This document shows positions 1 through 13,060 of a stretch of DNA of 64,000 nucleotides, piece after piece. Both the position numbers and the translations under genes were made by a program. Position 1 is the stretch's first letter. Each line of letters begins with the position of its first letter. The DNA is taken from positions 914,433-978,432 of the forward strand of contig NC_068984.1 of the NCBI RefSeq assembly GCF_001194135.2, written 5' to 3'. The notes beneath the pieces were generated by a model. It searched no databases, was not told the DNA's origin, and saw only the letters and a list, made by a program, of their open reading frames with translations. This DNA comes from Octopus bimaculoides. Taxonomy: Eukaryota.

Positions 1-44
1 AAGGCACTAAAAGAGAATGACTCTCCCCAGACACAACAGAATAT
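1..44. repeat. Fragment of a dispersed repeat also present at 24536-24580
   Basis: aaggcactaaaagagaatgactctccccagacacaacagaatat closely matches aaagcacaaaaatagaatgattctccccagacacaacagaatat at ~24537-24580. Confidence 0.7.
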
Positions 45-248
45 GTTTCAACGCACGGACTCACATAAAGAATCGTGCAATCCAAATTCAAAAATGAAAC
101 TATTATGAATAATTATAAAATAAATTATCTATCATGTTTTAAGTTGCGAAACAATTGTGATATAAGATTTCCCAATGGTTAAATAAATTTTATTATACTA
201 TATTTTTCTCGTTATTCATAACTTTATATCATATTATATTATATATAT

Positions 249-430
249 GCATTGCTCAGTAGTTAGAACGTCAAGCGCACAATCGTGAGGTAGTGAGTTC
301 GATTCTTGGACCAGGGTGTGTGTTGTGTTCTTGAGCAAGATACTTTATTTCACGTTGCTCCAGTTACCTCAGCTGTAGAAATGCGTTGCGACGTCACGGA
401 CATGTGCCTCAGAAGGGAACTTTCTAGATG
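249..430 (+). mobile_element. tRNA-derived SINE, 5' part (family A)
   Basis: A-box-like gctcagtagttaga and B-box gagttcgattc, then gttgtgttcttgagcaagatactttatttcacgttgctccagt, which is shared with copies at 12685 and 58060. Confidence 0.8.
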
Positions 431-857
431 TAATCCATGGTCATTCCTGACCAGAGGGAGTTTTTTTACCCTTTTTAATCTTATCCAATATATATATATA
501 TATATATATANNNNNNNNNNNNNNNNNNNNNNNNNNNNNNNNNNNNNNNNNNNNNNNNNNNNNNNNNNNNNNNNNNNNNNNNNNNNNNNNNNNNNNNNNN
601 NNNNNNNNNNNNNNNNNNNNNNNNNNNNNNNNNNNNNNNNNNNNNNNNNNNNNNNNNNNNNNNNNNNNNNNNNNNNNNNNNNNNNNNNNNNNNNNNNNNN
701 NNNNNNNNNNNNNNNNNNNNNNNNNNNNNNNNNNNNNNNNNNNNNNNNNNNNNNNNNNNNNNNNNNNNNNNNNNNNNNNNNNNNNNNNNNNNNNNNNNNN
801 NNNNNNNNNNNNNNNNNNNNNNNNNNNNNNNNNNNNNNNNNNNNNNNNNNNNNNNNN

Positions 858-890
<33 letters not shown>

Positions 891-904
891 AAAACTTAGA
901 TATG

Positions 905-1650
905 TTTCGACCAAAGATTGGTCCAGGCCTTATCTAACATAATAGCACCACTTGATAGGATTATCTACATCCTTTTTAAGTCAGGTATTGTTTATGGTCC
1001 ATTCAAGTAGTGAGTTCTTTTTGAGTGAGTTGTATCCAGGTATGGGTGACTTATCTGGAATTCCTTGATGAAATCTGTTCAGACTCTATTTAAAGGTGAT
1101 GGGATTCTTTTCCTCTTTAATCAGTTTTGGGACAATGTTAAACAGGGCAGGGCCTGTTGAGGAAAAAGAAATTATGTCGCATTGTACCTATATGTTGTCA
1201 TCCTGAATTGGGCAGGGAACGTATGGCCCGTGGTCCCAGCCTTGGATGAACCTTGAAACTAATGTTCAGGTCGTTTGGACAATGCTGGTGGTATATTCTC
1301 CACATCGTACAAATGATGTCCCGCTCGCGGCGGCGCTGGAGAGAGTAGAACTCCAAGGCTTTAATGCGGTCCCAGTAATGAAGATCAGTCATGCCTTCAA
1401 TTCGTTTGGTGAGTGCCCTCGAGGTGATTCAATCCTCGAGATGTTTTGTTTTGTATGAGGAGACCACAAGGGGCAGCAGTATTCGAGGTATGGCCGTACA
1501 AAGGAGGAGAAAAGTGGAATGATGACACCTTGTTCTCTGGACCGGAAGGTTCTTAAGATCCAGGAGCTCATCTTACGAGCTATATTGACCTTATTGTTGT
1601 TGTGGGCACTCCAACTGAGAGTGTTATCAATGTATGTTGTGATCCTGAAT
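905..1650 (-). mobile_element. CR1-clade LINE, 5'-truncated 3' end (degenerate ORF2 C-terminus plus 3' UTR)
   Basis: Translates to SSWILRTFRSRE...FVRPYLEYCCPLWSPH...YSLQRRRERDII, the typical post-RT CR1 motif; homologous to 40555-41290. Confidence 0.85.
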
Positions 1651-2303
1651 TGGGCATATATATNNNNNNNNNNNNNNNNNNNNNNNNNNNNNNNNNNNNN
1701 NNNNNNNNNNNNNNNNNNNNNNNNNNNNNNNNNNNNNNNNNNNNNNNNNNNNNNNNNNNNNNNNNNNNNNNNNNNNNNNNNNNNNNNNNNNNNNNNNNNN
1801 NNNNNNNNNNNNNNNNNNNNNNNNNNNNNNNNNNNNNNNNNNNNNNNNNNNNNNNNNNNNNNNNNNNNNNNNNNNNNNNNNNNNNNNNNNNNNNNNNNNN
1901 NNNNNNNNNNNNNNNNNNNNNNNNNNNNNNNNNNNNNNNNNNNNNNNNNNNNNNNNNNNNNNNNNNNNNNNNNNNNNNNNNNNNNNNNNNNNNNNNNNNN
2001 NNNNNNNNNNNNNNNNNNNNNNNNNNNNNNNNNNNNNNNNNNNNNNNNNNNNNNNNNNNNNNNNNNNNNNNNNNNNNNNNNNNNNNNNNNNNNNNNNNNN
2101 NNNNNNNNNNNNNNNNNNNNNNNNNNNNNNNNNNNNNNNNNNNNNNNNNNNNNNNNNNNNNNNNNNNNNNNNNNNNNNNNNNNNTATATATATATATATA
2201 TATTTAATGTCCTGAGCCGTGATAGAAAAGAACTCCATCTGGTGAGAGATAAATATTATTTATTTAAAAGTCAGAATATATGTATCAAAGTGCTACTAAT
2301 ATT

Positions 2304-2460
2304 TTGAGAAAACTCAAACATATTCTCCTGACGCAAACCACATAACATAACGAACTAAAGAAATTGAATATTAGAATTTTTTCGCGTTTCTTCTTTCATT
2401 CCATTTCTCTAGTTCGTTATATGTGGTTTGCGCCTGAAGAATATGTTTGGGTTTTCTCGA
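2304..2460. repeat. Imperfect inverted repeat (MITE-like hairpin, ~65-bp arms)
   Basis: 2304-2369 (gagaaaactcaaacatattctcctgacgcaaaccacataacataacgaactaaagaaattgaat) pairs with the reverse complement of 2398-2460. Confidence 0.75.
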
Positions 2461-2574
2461 CAGATGGAACTATGAGTAGCGCTTTAATATATGTATTGTG
2501 ATAAATAAATAAATATATATATATATATATTTATTTATATGTATATGTATATATAAATGTGTGTGTGTAGAAAG

Positions 2575-3050
2575 CTAGGATTTGAGCAGACTGATAAATG
2601 GTATGAAGATGAACCTAGTAAAGTACTAGAAATAAAGAAGTACAAGATGTTCTGGGACTTCGACATTCAGACTGTCAGAGTAATAGAAGCTAGAAGCCTG
2701 ATTTAGTAGTAGCAGACAAGGAGAACAGAAAGTGCCTGATAATTGACTTTACAGCCCCAAATGATGAAAAAATCAATATGAGAGGTATATAGTAAATAAC
2801 GAAATACCAGGACGTAGCCATTGAATTACAGAAACTATGGAAAGTTCGGGTAGAAGGTATCCCAATAGTTATAGGTGCATTAGGAACTATTCCTAAAGAT
2901 GTGAACAGATGGATAGAGGAAATAGGCATAAAACCCAGTTTAGTACAACTCCAGGAAATAGTGTTATTAGGGGCATCTAGGATACTTAGGAGGGTTCTTA
3001 GAATGTAAGGTTACTAGGAGTAGCCTGATGGTAGGAATTTTTTTCAAGAG
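2575..3050 (+). mobile_element. R4/Dong-type LINE, RLE endonuclease C-terminus
   Basis: KPDLVVADKENRKCLIIDFTAPND...KYQDVAIELQKLWKVRVEGIPIVIGALGTIPK...RILRRVL: PD-(D/E)xK restriction-like endonuclease motif. Confidence 0.85.
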
Positions 3051-3986
3051 TCTAATCTGTTGTGTGTATATAAAATAATAATATTCAGAATTAGGGAAAA
3101 TTGTTCTCTTGAGAACGAGTTATAACTTTAGAAAAATATAGCCAACCTAACAGTATTTGAGCCTCTTGTTATTGATAAGATATATCTTGTATAGAATATA
3201 TCGGAAGTACGATCGGGAATATAAATGTTGCCTTTACCATATTTGTTGAAAACTTTCATCTCAGCCACCCGAACAATGTACCAGTGCACCTAGAGAGATA
3301 TAATGTTTCTTCAGACGATAGAAACCAATAAAAGACGAGGGTTTGAACATTAACATTCATGGACGGTATCGATATCGGAATGGAAATTTCATCCTTTTTT
3401 TTCTATTCAATAGAAGTCTTAAAAATCTATTCCAAAAGAAAAAAATATATATATTATTCTAGTAGCCTTATACATACCCTCGAGGGTGTTTTAGAATGAA
3501 TTCAGAGATGTATTGATCTTGTACGAAACTGCCTATTAAAAGCTCCTACCATCCACCCAATGACCGCGTTCATTCAAAAAAGAAAAAAAAAAGAAAAAAT
3601 AGATGACACCTAAGCAATGATAAAAATATCTCCTGAGAGGTTTCAGAAACGTCAAGAAGATATGTTAATTGTATTTTTGACTGAATATATGATTAGCTAA
3701 ATAATTATTAAATAAATAGAGGGTTGCAATAGCCTGCAGTTATTTTACGTAGAGAGCTATTGATATAATCATTGATATTGAGGCGGTGAAAAGCGGAAGG
3801 TGATGGCGAAAGCAGAGTAGATAAACAAATGCGTGAGATAGTTTGATAGAGAGCTTTGGGAGGAGGTCTCCTGCTCGACTTTGTATCGATTTCATCATTG
3901 TGGCGATAGAATTGGTTAAAACAAGGTTGCAGCGTAAATAGAACATTCTTGATTACATATAGCACATGTATATTTGTATGCATGCT

Positions 3987-4070
<84 letters not shown>

Positions 4071-4115
4071 TATATGTATGTATGCATGTATGTATGTATT
4101 TGATGATGATAGTAG

Positions 4116-4149
<34 letters not shown>

Positions 4150-4150
<1 letters not shown>

Positions 4151-4335
4151 CTCCACCGCCACAGATGATTGCCATCACTTTTTGCTTCCGCGTTGTCAGT
4201 GGTATTTCTGACATTCCTTTCATGACCTCTCGAATGAATATTCAGTCTTGCTGCAGATCTCCATGACTATGAGCTTCCATCTAGTTAAGTCCATGCATGT
4301 CGCCAATCTTCCACGGCTTCAGGATTTGCAGTTGA
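4150..4335 (-). mobile_element. Possible RTE-type APE endonuclease N-terminus, highly degenerate
   Basis: KIG...[13 protein letters not shown]...IICGGG resembles the KIGTWNV...G(L/I)SExRW...IYxGG start of APE domains. Confidence 0.3.
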
Positions 4336-4640
4336 TAACAGTTATCGCCAAGCCAAACATGGCAGTCCAAAAAAATAGGACGAATGCTCCAAGAGGCCAT
4401 CGCCTCTAGCTAGCTATGTGACAGACGAACCTGTGTCCATTATAACCTTCGAACAGGGGAGGTCAGCCGCTTCCCTTTGCTGGTCTGGCATCTACAGACT
4501 AGTTTCAAGGTGTTTGCCCCTTATCAATGTAGAGCAGCCGAACCCCAGATCCAAAAACCATTAAATTGATCAATTAAATGGAGCCGCTTGAAACGGCCGT
4601 AATGTTTGGACACCTGTACATCCTTGTTACTTATTTGCAT

Positions 4641-4676
<36 letters not shown>

Positions 4677-4689
4677 CATGTATATATTT

Positions 4690-4878
4690 GTGTGTCTGTG
4701 TTTGTCCTCCCCACCACCATCGCTTGACGAGCCAAAGTTGGTGTGATTACGTCCCCGTATCTTAGCGTCGGCAAATAGACCGATAGAATAAATACTAGGC
4801 TGACAGAGAATAAGTTTTGGGGCCCATTTGTTCGACTAAAGGCGGTGCTCCAGCGTGGCCGCGGTCAAATGACTGAAA
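4690..4878 (+). mobile_element. SINE family B (CORE-like), 3' half
   Basis: catcgcttgac...tacgtccccgta.cttagc...gaccgatagaataa.tactaggc...ggcggtgctccagc.tggccgc.gtcaaatgactgaaa matches 16455-16650 and 30005-30190. Confidence 0.85.
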
Positions 4879-5269
4879 GGATTGTGATGATGATCGGGAT
4901 AATGATGAAAATGGCGGCGATGATAACCACCACCACCACCACCACCACCATCACAACAACAAAAAGAGGTACTGCACTGATGATAAGATGTTATTGATAA
5001 CACGATGGCTGTATTGATGCTAGTGATGATGACGATGACAATGGCAACGACGATTCTGCGAACTGCGATGAAGGAGGAAGGAACTAAAATGGTTGTTGAG
5101 GAAAAATTCAATAATTGTTTACAAAAAATAAATGAATGTTTCGAGGAGTGTCCGAAGAGAAGGAGGGGAGAAGAAGGAAGAGAGGGTGACATAACAAGCA
5201 AAACAGAAATATATAAACAAAGCAAGCAAACAAACAAACAAATAATGAATTTATCTCCATTAGCAGACA

Positions 5270-5415
5270 TTGACAGCAGGAGTCAACCGTCAGATGAGTG
5301 AAGACTTTCGTTATTCTCAGAGGGCGTAGAAGATAGTTAAATATTTTTATAAGGAAAACGATTTAAGAAACGTGCATGATAAATTTGGTTATTAATATAC
5401 AATATATATATGTAA

Positions 5416-5446
<31 letters not shown>

Positions 5447-5593
5447 TTTACATATATATATTGTATATTAATAACCAAATTTATCATGCACGTTTCTTAA
5501 ATCGTTTTCCTTATAAAAATATTTAACTATCTTCTACGCCCTCTGAGAATAACGAAAGTCTTCACTCATCTGACGGTTGACTCCTGCTGTCAA
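5270..5593. repeat. 324-bp near-perfect palindrome centred on a (TA)n tract
   Basis: 5270-5431 is the reverse complement of 5432-5593; the only mismatch I found is inside the central TA tract (5428/5435). Confidence 0.95.
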
Positions 5594-7320
5594 CTTTCTT
5601 TATCTACCAGTCTCCCCATCGCGTCGTCCACTCAGTCGCCAAAGGAGAAATTTTTCTGATGATTCCAACGTATCCCAACTCGAGAAGATGGTCAGTCTTA
5701 ACGGTTTCCTTTTCTTCGCCTTCAAACACTGAGCCTCACACTTAAGCCCCATCCTCAGACCTCTTTCCCCTTCTTTCTTATTTTGGGGATGTACCGCAAA
5801 CTGTGGAATCATGTAATGAGGAACCCATTCTTAAAAAGAAAATCTCCCTTAACCTTTTGTCGCCCATGTCACCTTTACTTCCGGTATCTGAAAGGAGATG
5901 AAAACAGTTGTAAACAATCACCTCCTCTATAACCATTGCCCCTGCCCACTCTTTATCCCTGCCATTAGTGCTTTTCTTCCTCCCTCTCCCTCTCTCTCTC
6001 TCTCTTTCTCTTTCTCCATTCTCTTCTCAGTGACTATCATCATGAACCTGTCTTTCTCGTCAGTAGTCACCGTCTCGGATACATTCAGTCAGATCGACCC
6101 GAGATGAGTCAGTCATCGTAATCAATAGCTTTTCTTCAAAACAGTATAGGTTTCACTTGTGCCTGGAAAGACACGACCCTCCCTAAATGGCCTAATATAA
6201 CATCTATTTGATGTTCAACTTTGATGTGGATTTTTTGGTCAGATTATTTCATTACAAAGTGCGAAGAAGCAGGAGTAGCCGACTCACACACATTCACATT
6301 TGGCTTCCCTGTGCTTTGGTTATACCTCTCATGGCCTTCCATACAATAGTGACTTCCTGGCTGTTACTTAAAACCACACCACATTCCTATATCGATTATC
6401 ATACTACTATTCGTGTCTTTTTAACCCTCCACACTCCAGTGTCATGCCAGAGATCGTGTCAGAGACTTTATTTATTCTGAAAACAACGTCCTGTGAAAAC
6501 ATTAACCTTTGACATCTCCTCCAACGCTGTCATGTGACACTGACTATTGCACATCATTGGAATAGTCTTACCGTACAGTAATTTATCTTGTTGAACCCCA
6601 ATGATAGAGAAGGGGACAACGGAAGCAGGGCCACGACGGAACTTCTCCTGGACCAATTAGAAGATACCACTGTCTGCATTTTATACCACTCTTGCGAGAT
6701 GTTTAGCTTACACACAAGTGGCATGACGCAGTAAATAAGTGTCCCTTTTATATGAGGACCAAGTTGTAGGTTGCAGGTAGGAAACAGCTTGGATCGAGAG
6801 TATCGAGAGTTCACAGATTCAGGAGAAAATATCACAAGAAATTGAGTTGAGAAAACACGCCAAGGTAACCTTGAGAAGAGGAGAATTAATAAAAATAGCA
6901 ATATCATTTTCGATAAAAAATAGAGATAAGAGAATTAAACTAAAGATAGACTTAAAATTGCAGTAAATGCTAAAATTAAGTTAAAAAGTATGAATATTCT
7001 ATCTGCTTCAGTAATAAGTTACAACTACAAGTTAAGTGAATTAGTAAAACTGAATGTATAAACAAGAGAAAAAATTACTATATTCAGAATACATTATCAA
7101 AAAAAAAAAAATTTTATTACGAAAACAAGGTAGAATGATGTTTACTAGTATTAATGATGATGATGGTGATGATGATAACTATTATAAAATATCTTCTGTA
7201 AGACGACAAAAATATCTAGTGAGCAATAAATGGTAAACTGATACGAATAGTTAGGAAAAATGAATAAAACAAAACTATTTTATGTCTTGAAGGAAGCCAA
7301 AGAATAATAAAAGGAAACGG

Positions 7321-7490
7321 AAGAAGAAGAAGAAGAAGAAGAAGAAGAAGAAGAAGAAGAAGAAGAAGAAGAAGAAGAAGAAGAAGAAGAAGAAGAAGAA
7401 GAAGAAGAAGAAGAAGAAGAAGAAGAAGAAGAAGAAGAAGAAGAAGAAGAAGAAGAAGAAGAAGAAGAAGAAGAAGAAGAAGAAGAAGAA
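7321..7490. repeat. (AAG)n microsatellite, ~56 units
   Basis: Direct reading; another (AAG)n tract lies at ~42213-42293. Confidence 0.98.
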
Positions 7491-7763
7491 ACGGGACAAA
7501 ACGATAAAAAGAAAAACCTTGAAAACTAAATGATTACATCAAAAAAACGTGACGAGCAAATAAGTACAAAAAGCGCTCCACATGACCAATTTCACGCATC
7601 CAGTTGCTAACACGGCTCAGAAGAGAGTTCTTGTTGAAATTCTCGGAACTGGAACAGATTCATTTCTTATAAATTTGGATGAAAATGTTCACACCAGAAT
7701 TAAACTGTAAAAGGTTTCCATAAGGAACTTCCCGACATCCAAAGAAAAAAACAGATTCTTTGT

Positions 7764-7799
<36 letters not shown>

Positions 7800-8187
7800 T
7801 GTCTATCAGCATGTTGCATTCCCTGCTGTTTATATCTTCCTCCGACTGTACAACATTGTTATTATCCTTTTTCATTTTACCCTGTTTTCCACTTCATCCA
7901 TTATTATCATGTGACTCTTTCTAACAACCATGGAGTCTGACATGAGTTATTTTATCTCAAAATGTTATTGTATCTCTCATTCTAGATTTGCTTCTTTTAC
8001 AGACGAGATAAGTTTTCGGTTCAGAATTTGTAGTTTGTGCGCTCTTTTTTGCCTTTCTCATTCTCTACAGCGCTTTGTCAGAGTTCACAGTTTTTGCCGA
8101 CATTGGCAGCTTCTATTGAACATTTGGGTCTCTTTGTAGCATCTAAACTGATTATTTATTGTCTTGAAATTGTAGGACGGCCGCAGT

Positions 8188-8250
8188 TCTCTTGACAGCC
8201 ATACTATACTTGACAGCCATACTATATTCTCTTGACAGCCATACTATTTC
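8188..8250. repeat. Short tandem repeat, unit ~cttgacagccatactat(a/t), ~3.5 copies
   Basis: Direct reading. Confidence 0.85.
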
Positions 8251-8894
8251 TGACAGCCCAAATAGTGCATGGTTCATGGAAAAGTAATTTTTCTACCACT
8301 CAAATAGTAGTGGCACTTTTCCCCAATTTCTCATCGTTGTAAAGAGGTGTTAGGTCCTTAAATGAGAAGACAAACTAATTATTCATGGAGCTTTTCCAAT
8401 CTCCCTCTCGCCTGAATCCAACTTGAAAAGAAGACGAGATAATCAAAATAAATACATAACAAATCAGTCTATAGTAACTTCTAATCAGAAATACTAAGTC
8501 GACGTGAAAACTATTCTACAAAAATGTTTTTATTTTTTTGAAATAAATATTCATAACATCACAAATAAACTGATACATAGATATATCTGAATAAATATTA
8601 AACTAAACTTATATTAATTCTAAACTAAACAATGCCTGTCTCATATTTACTAAATAATATATAGAATTAACGCACTTCAACTAACCCTGTATTTTCTTCA
8701 GTATTAACACAATGCCATTTTTACACCTACCTCGGTCTTCTCAGCCATTGACTTTGCTATGAAGCCATACAACTGCTCCAATTCCTCCTTCCTATTATTC
8801 ATTTCTTTTTTTCTCGATTCCTACTTCCCAATTTCCAATTTCCATGGCATATAAATGATCGAGATCACAACACTCCTCTTGAACGGGACCCCGA

Positions 8895-9030
8895 TCTGTG
8901 GCAGGATTCAAGGGATGGGTGGGCAAGTCAATTACATCGACCCCATTTCTGACTGGTACTTTATTTTATCGAGCCCGAAGGGATGAAAAGCAAAGCTGAC
9001 CTCGTTGCGATTTCAGATCAGAATGTAAAA
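8895..9030 (-). mobile_element. SINE family C (Meta-like body), partial
   Basis: gtcaattacatcgacccc...ctggtactttattttatcgagcccgaagggatgaaaagcaaagctgacctcg matches the 57086-57304 copy. Confidence 0.8.
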
Positions 9031-9867
9031 AGTGAAGGGTCAAACCCTTTTATTATTTACCGTTAGATTGGCAAACTTATTCATACAAAATGCCTTACCG
9101 TCTCACTTTACGCTCTCTGTTCAACACCTGCTTTATTTTATCGACCTCTTCCTGGGCCGATAGAATAAGGTGCCACCAGTGAGATTTAATCCCCCATCCA
9201 TCTTCCTCCGCACAAAACATTCAGGCCTCCGTGCTTCTGGGAGACATTTTCTTTTTATTCCACCTGCTGTTAAAACTAATAACCACTGTTGTTATTGTTG
9301 CTGTTGTGATTGTTGTCCAGCCTCTGGTTAGTACTGCTTTCTCTAAACAGCAATTGCGGCCATCTTGGATTTCGTTTAGATGTTTCTCTGTAGAACTGCA
9401 TTATGTAATACAGGAAGTGATTTGAAGTAAATTTGACTGCTACTTCTTGCAGGATGATGACCACACACAAGCTGCCCCATTGGCACACTTAGGGCTCAGA
9501 CCAGATATATTATCATCATTGTCCGTTGGTGATATTTTTCTGCTATGTTCTACGTTGTACTCTGTGGCTGTTGTTACAGCTACGTCTCTCATATGTCTAA
9601 ATACTCATCAGACGACAGCTAATACGGTGGACGCTTATATCCCCCACTTTCACCACCGAAGTAGCTAAGTTGCAAAACATTAGTCTCCATTTCACAAATA
9701 TAGTAAAAAACAGTCTTCTTGTAATTAAGAGAAAAGTACATAGAAATAATTATGCAGACAGACAGATAGCAAAAAATGGATGTATAGTACTCAATGCCAG
9801 AAGTGGAAATAACCTTTTTTTTTTGTTTTTTGAATCCTCAGAAATAACAAGGAAACTTATATATATA

Positions 9868-9912
<45 letters not shown>

Positions 9913-10211
9913 GTGTGTGCGTGTATATANNNNNNNNNNNNNNNNNNNNNNNNNNNNNNNNNNNNNNNNNNNNNNNNNNNNNNNNNNNNNNNNNNNNNNN
10001 NNNNNNNNNNNNNNNNNNNNNNNNNNNNNNNNNNNNNNNNNNNNNNNNNNNNNNNNNNNNNNNNNNNNNNNNNNNNNNNNNNNNNNNNNNNNNNNNNNNN
10101 NNNNNNNNNNNNNNNNNNNNNNNNNNNNNNNNNNNNNNNNNNNNNNNNNNNNNNNNNNNNNNNNNNNNNNNNNNNNNNNNNNNNNNNNNNNNNNNNNNNN
10201 NNNNNNNNNNN

Positions 10212-10276
<65 letters not shown>

Positions 10277-11300
10277 AACTTCACTTTCCTGTCTATAAAT
10301 AACAGATGCACTTTCTTCTCTTCCTATATATAACAATGGAACTTCATATAAAAAGCATTTCACCTTGCTGTCTCTTCCCCGATTTATTAACAACCAAACA
10401 TTTCTTTATAAATGTAATTGATGTCATAGAGAAATACATCAACCGAGAAAAGCAGACAGGGTTATCTTCTAAGTCCATCGGAAAACAGAAACAATTCAAC
10501 AAACGATTTGGGCATAAATCCAAAACAGTTTAGGCGAGAGGTTGTGTAATCGAAGGAATCCACCTCACTGCTTCATTCATATCTGATAAATTAGCCACGC
10601 TCCGCTGGAGGGCACAATCATTCCAGTAAGATTTTATAATCACAATTTTAAAGGACATATTTAAAGTTATCGTTGTTCTAGTCGTTCACTAATTCTCTAA
10701 AGAGTGTAAGGTTTAAAACCCCACTAACCGGACTGTCCATTCGTTGGGTCAGTGGGGGCACCTAACGACCTTTTAAATGTTGTGCAGCCATTCTTGGTCA
10801 ACTCCCGACCCAAAGATTATCTCTGTCAATGACACAAACTGAAGGAAATGGGCTTTGAATGAAAAAATTCAATAACCACATTCCTTCGAGCGACCTTGGC
10901 AGAAGCCGTATTAGCTCACGTATAACTAGCAGCATGAAGATTCTCTTATATTGAATGCCGAGATCTTTGATAATTGGATGCATACCCCGAAACACCTGTT
11001 TTTTCCCCCTAAAAGACTAAAAGAATATTCCCTTAATTTGATAAGGAATAGTCTAGACAAAGTATGGTTTTCAAGTGGTGAAGTAGTATATACAATGATC
11101 ATCGCTGTCCGGTTTTTCAAATTGTTTCATTTTATTACACCGTCTCGGTTCTTTCACACTTCACCGAACCAAATTCCAAGCGATATCGTCGCTCCTTCTA
11201 AACGTAAACACACGGATTACTTCTCGGTTATATTGTCTGTTATTTACACATCACTGTTGTCTTAAATATCCCATTTAAATTTTCTCTTCTCAGTTCTTTA

Positions 11301-11384
11301 ATGTACTCAAACATATGTACTCAAACATATGTACTCAAACATATGTACTCAAACATATGTACTCAAACATATGTACTCAAACAT
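11301..11384. repeat. Minisatellite: six perfect copies of atgtactcaaacat (14 bp)
   Basis: Direct count. Confidence 0.97.
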
Positions 11385-12684
11385 TTGGCGTGTTTCTGTA
11401 TTTATTTATCTGCTGCTTATCATTTATTATGGCCCCTGTAAGATTCTTTTTAACTTTAATTTCTGAGATTTTGTCCTAGCTAATATTTCGTACAGGGTTT
11501 GATATTTTAAACTTCCAGTAACTAGATCCTTGCGTGGCGGTTTCATCTAAGCAGATCACAGATCACACAGTTCATAGATCTGCGAATATAAAACTATGGA
11601 CAATCTACATTATTTCTGACTACGAACTTAAATAATACCAGATTTAAATAAGATCTTAGCAATTGACTTCGATTCGACCATTTCCATTTCTCTTGGTTGG
11701 TTGATATCAGTTAAGCAGTAAGAAAAGGTTCGCCATGTTTTCATGAATACCTCTAGTTGCTAGAAAAGTCGAATTGTCTCCGCCCCACTTCTGTGCAAGA
11801 CAAAAATGGTTACAAGCCTCCATGTATCGACTTTCCTGTCACAGATGTCAAGACATTTGAGACCCAGCACTGCCATTCCGACCGAACCACTTTTTCTCCA
11901 AAGCGATGGTAAAACCCCGACCTTACTGAGTTGCTATCATATCGATACAAAGCGTCATAACATTATTTCACAATTGCGTTTTGTGTCAAGACTCCGAGTT
12001 ACGCACATTGCTATATTCTACGCTCAACATTCTTTATAGGTCTGCTAAAGTCCCTTTAGTGTCTGTAAGTGGGGTTTGGCTGTAAATTTTCTCATGCAAT
12101 GTATGAGGTGAATGTTTAATGGAGGGGCCTTTTCATCTTTAGCTGTTTTCTATTCCATTATTATTTTGCTTCTGTCTTTATTTAAATTTTGTTTATTAAC
12201 ATAAAATATGTTTTACTCTTGGCAAAACACGTTAGAACATAGATTTCTATTACAAGACATTCATTTCACACAAACATTACTCTCTAACAGTTTTCAATAC
12301 TTCTACCGGGGCTAACTGCCGGATTATTTTCCACCTCAGCTATCAGCAGCGTTGACACCAAGACGTTCAAAATGAAAACACAGTCGGGCAAACGGCAATC
12401 AAAAGCGCTTATATTTCTCCCCAGTGATGAAGATATTCAGAAATAATACCTTCTTTTCAGACTCAAGTCATCGAATAATAATAATAATGCAACTGCCAAC
12501 ACTTATAAATATTAAGAGAATATTGTCGACAGTTTCCACAGTTATGAGAATTGTTAATACTTGCTGACATCACTCGCGTTGTGTCTGTAGGTGCAATCAC
12601 AAATACAATCTCGCAAAGAAATACCGATACGTATTGCAATAAGTACCACGCAATATTTTGAGGTCATTAGTGCCGTTATTGGCC

Positions 12685-12795
12685 TAGTGGTTAGGATGTT
12701 GCACTCAAGATCACGAGATCGTGGTTTCAATTCCCAGGCCGGTGGTGCGTTGTGTTCGTGAGCAAAACACTCCATCACACGTTGCTTTGTGATCA
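12685..12795 (+). mobile_element. tRNA-derived SINE head (family A)
   Basis: ggcctagtggttagg (A box), gtttcaattccc (B box) and gcgttgtgttcgtgagcaaaacact...cacgttgct body. Confidence 0.8.
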
Positions 12796-13060
12796 CATCG
12801 ACTTCAACAACAGGGCAGAAAATTCAAAAGACGGAAACTTCTGGAGATGCAGCATCTGTGAAGGAACAACTTCATTCGAGACAAACGAATGTGAAGAACT
12901 GGAAGAAAAGCGAAACAGGAGGAATGAGACATAACTCCAACCTAGGGCAGATCTCTTCCAACTTCTCCAACTTGCAAAAGATCCTTCAAAACCCGAATGG
13001 GACTCACCGGCCACCTTCGAGTTTACCAACAACCCAACATGACGACCGAAGATACATTCA
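12796..13060 (+). mobile_element. RTE (BovB-like) LINE 3' end
   Basis: WRCSICEGTTSFETNECEELEEKRNRR followed by the C2H2-like PTCKRSFKTRMGLTGHLRV, typical of RTE/BovB C-termini. Confidence 0.75.

Noticed and set aside
3760-3950. Possible GIY-YIG remnant on the minus strand (NV.F...C...)
   Set aside because: No intact YIG or R...EH motif in one frame; the similarity is too weak.
9355-9370. YY1-like gcggccatcttg motif (also a near-CTCF motif at ~20553 and tgacgtca at ~38607)
   Set aside because: Single short motifs without promoter context are expected by chance in 64 kb.
11301-11384. Short tandem arrays as CRISPR-like repeats
   Set aside because: There are no unique spacers, and the context is eukaryotic.
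10330-12100. L1/Tx1-like peptide snippets on the minus strand (NCDYKIL, LGIWFG, ETIRLF)
   Set aside because: The snippets occur in the reverse of the expected domain order and are short; they could be chance or several ancient fragments.
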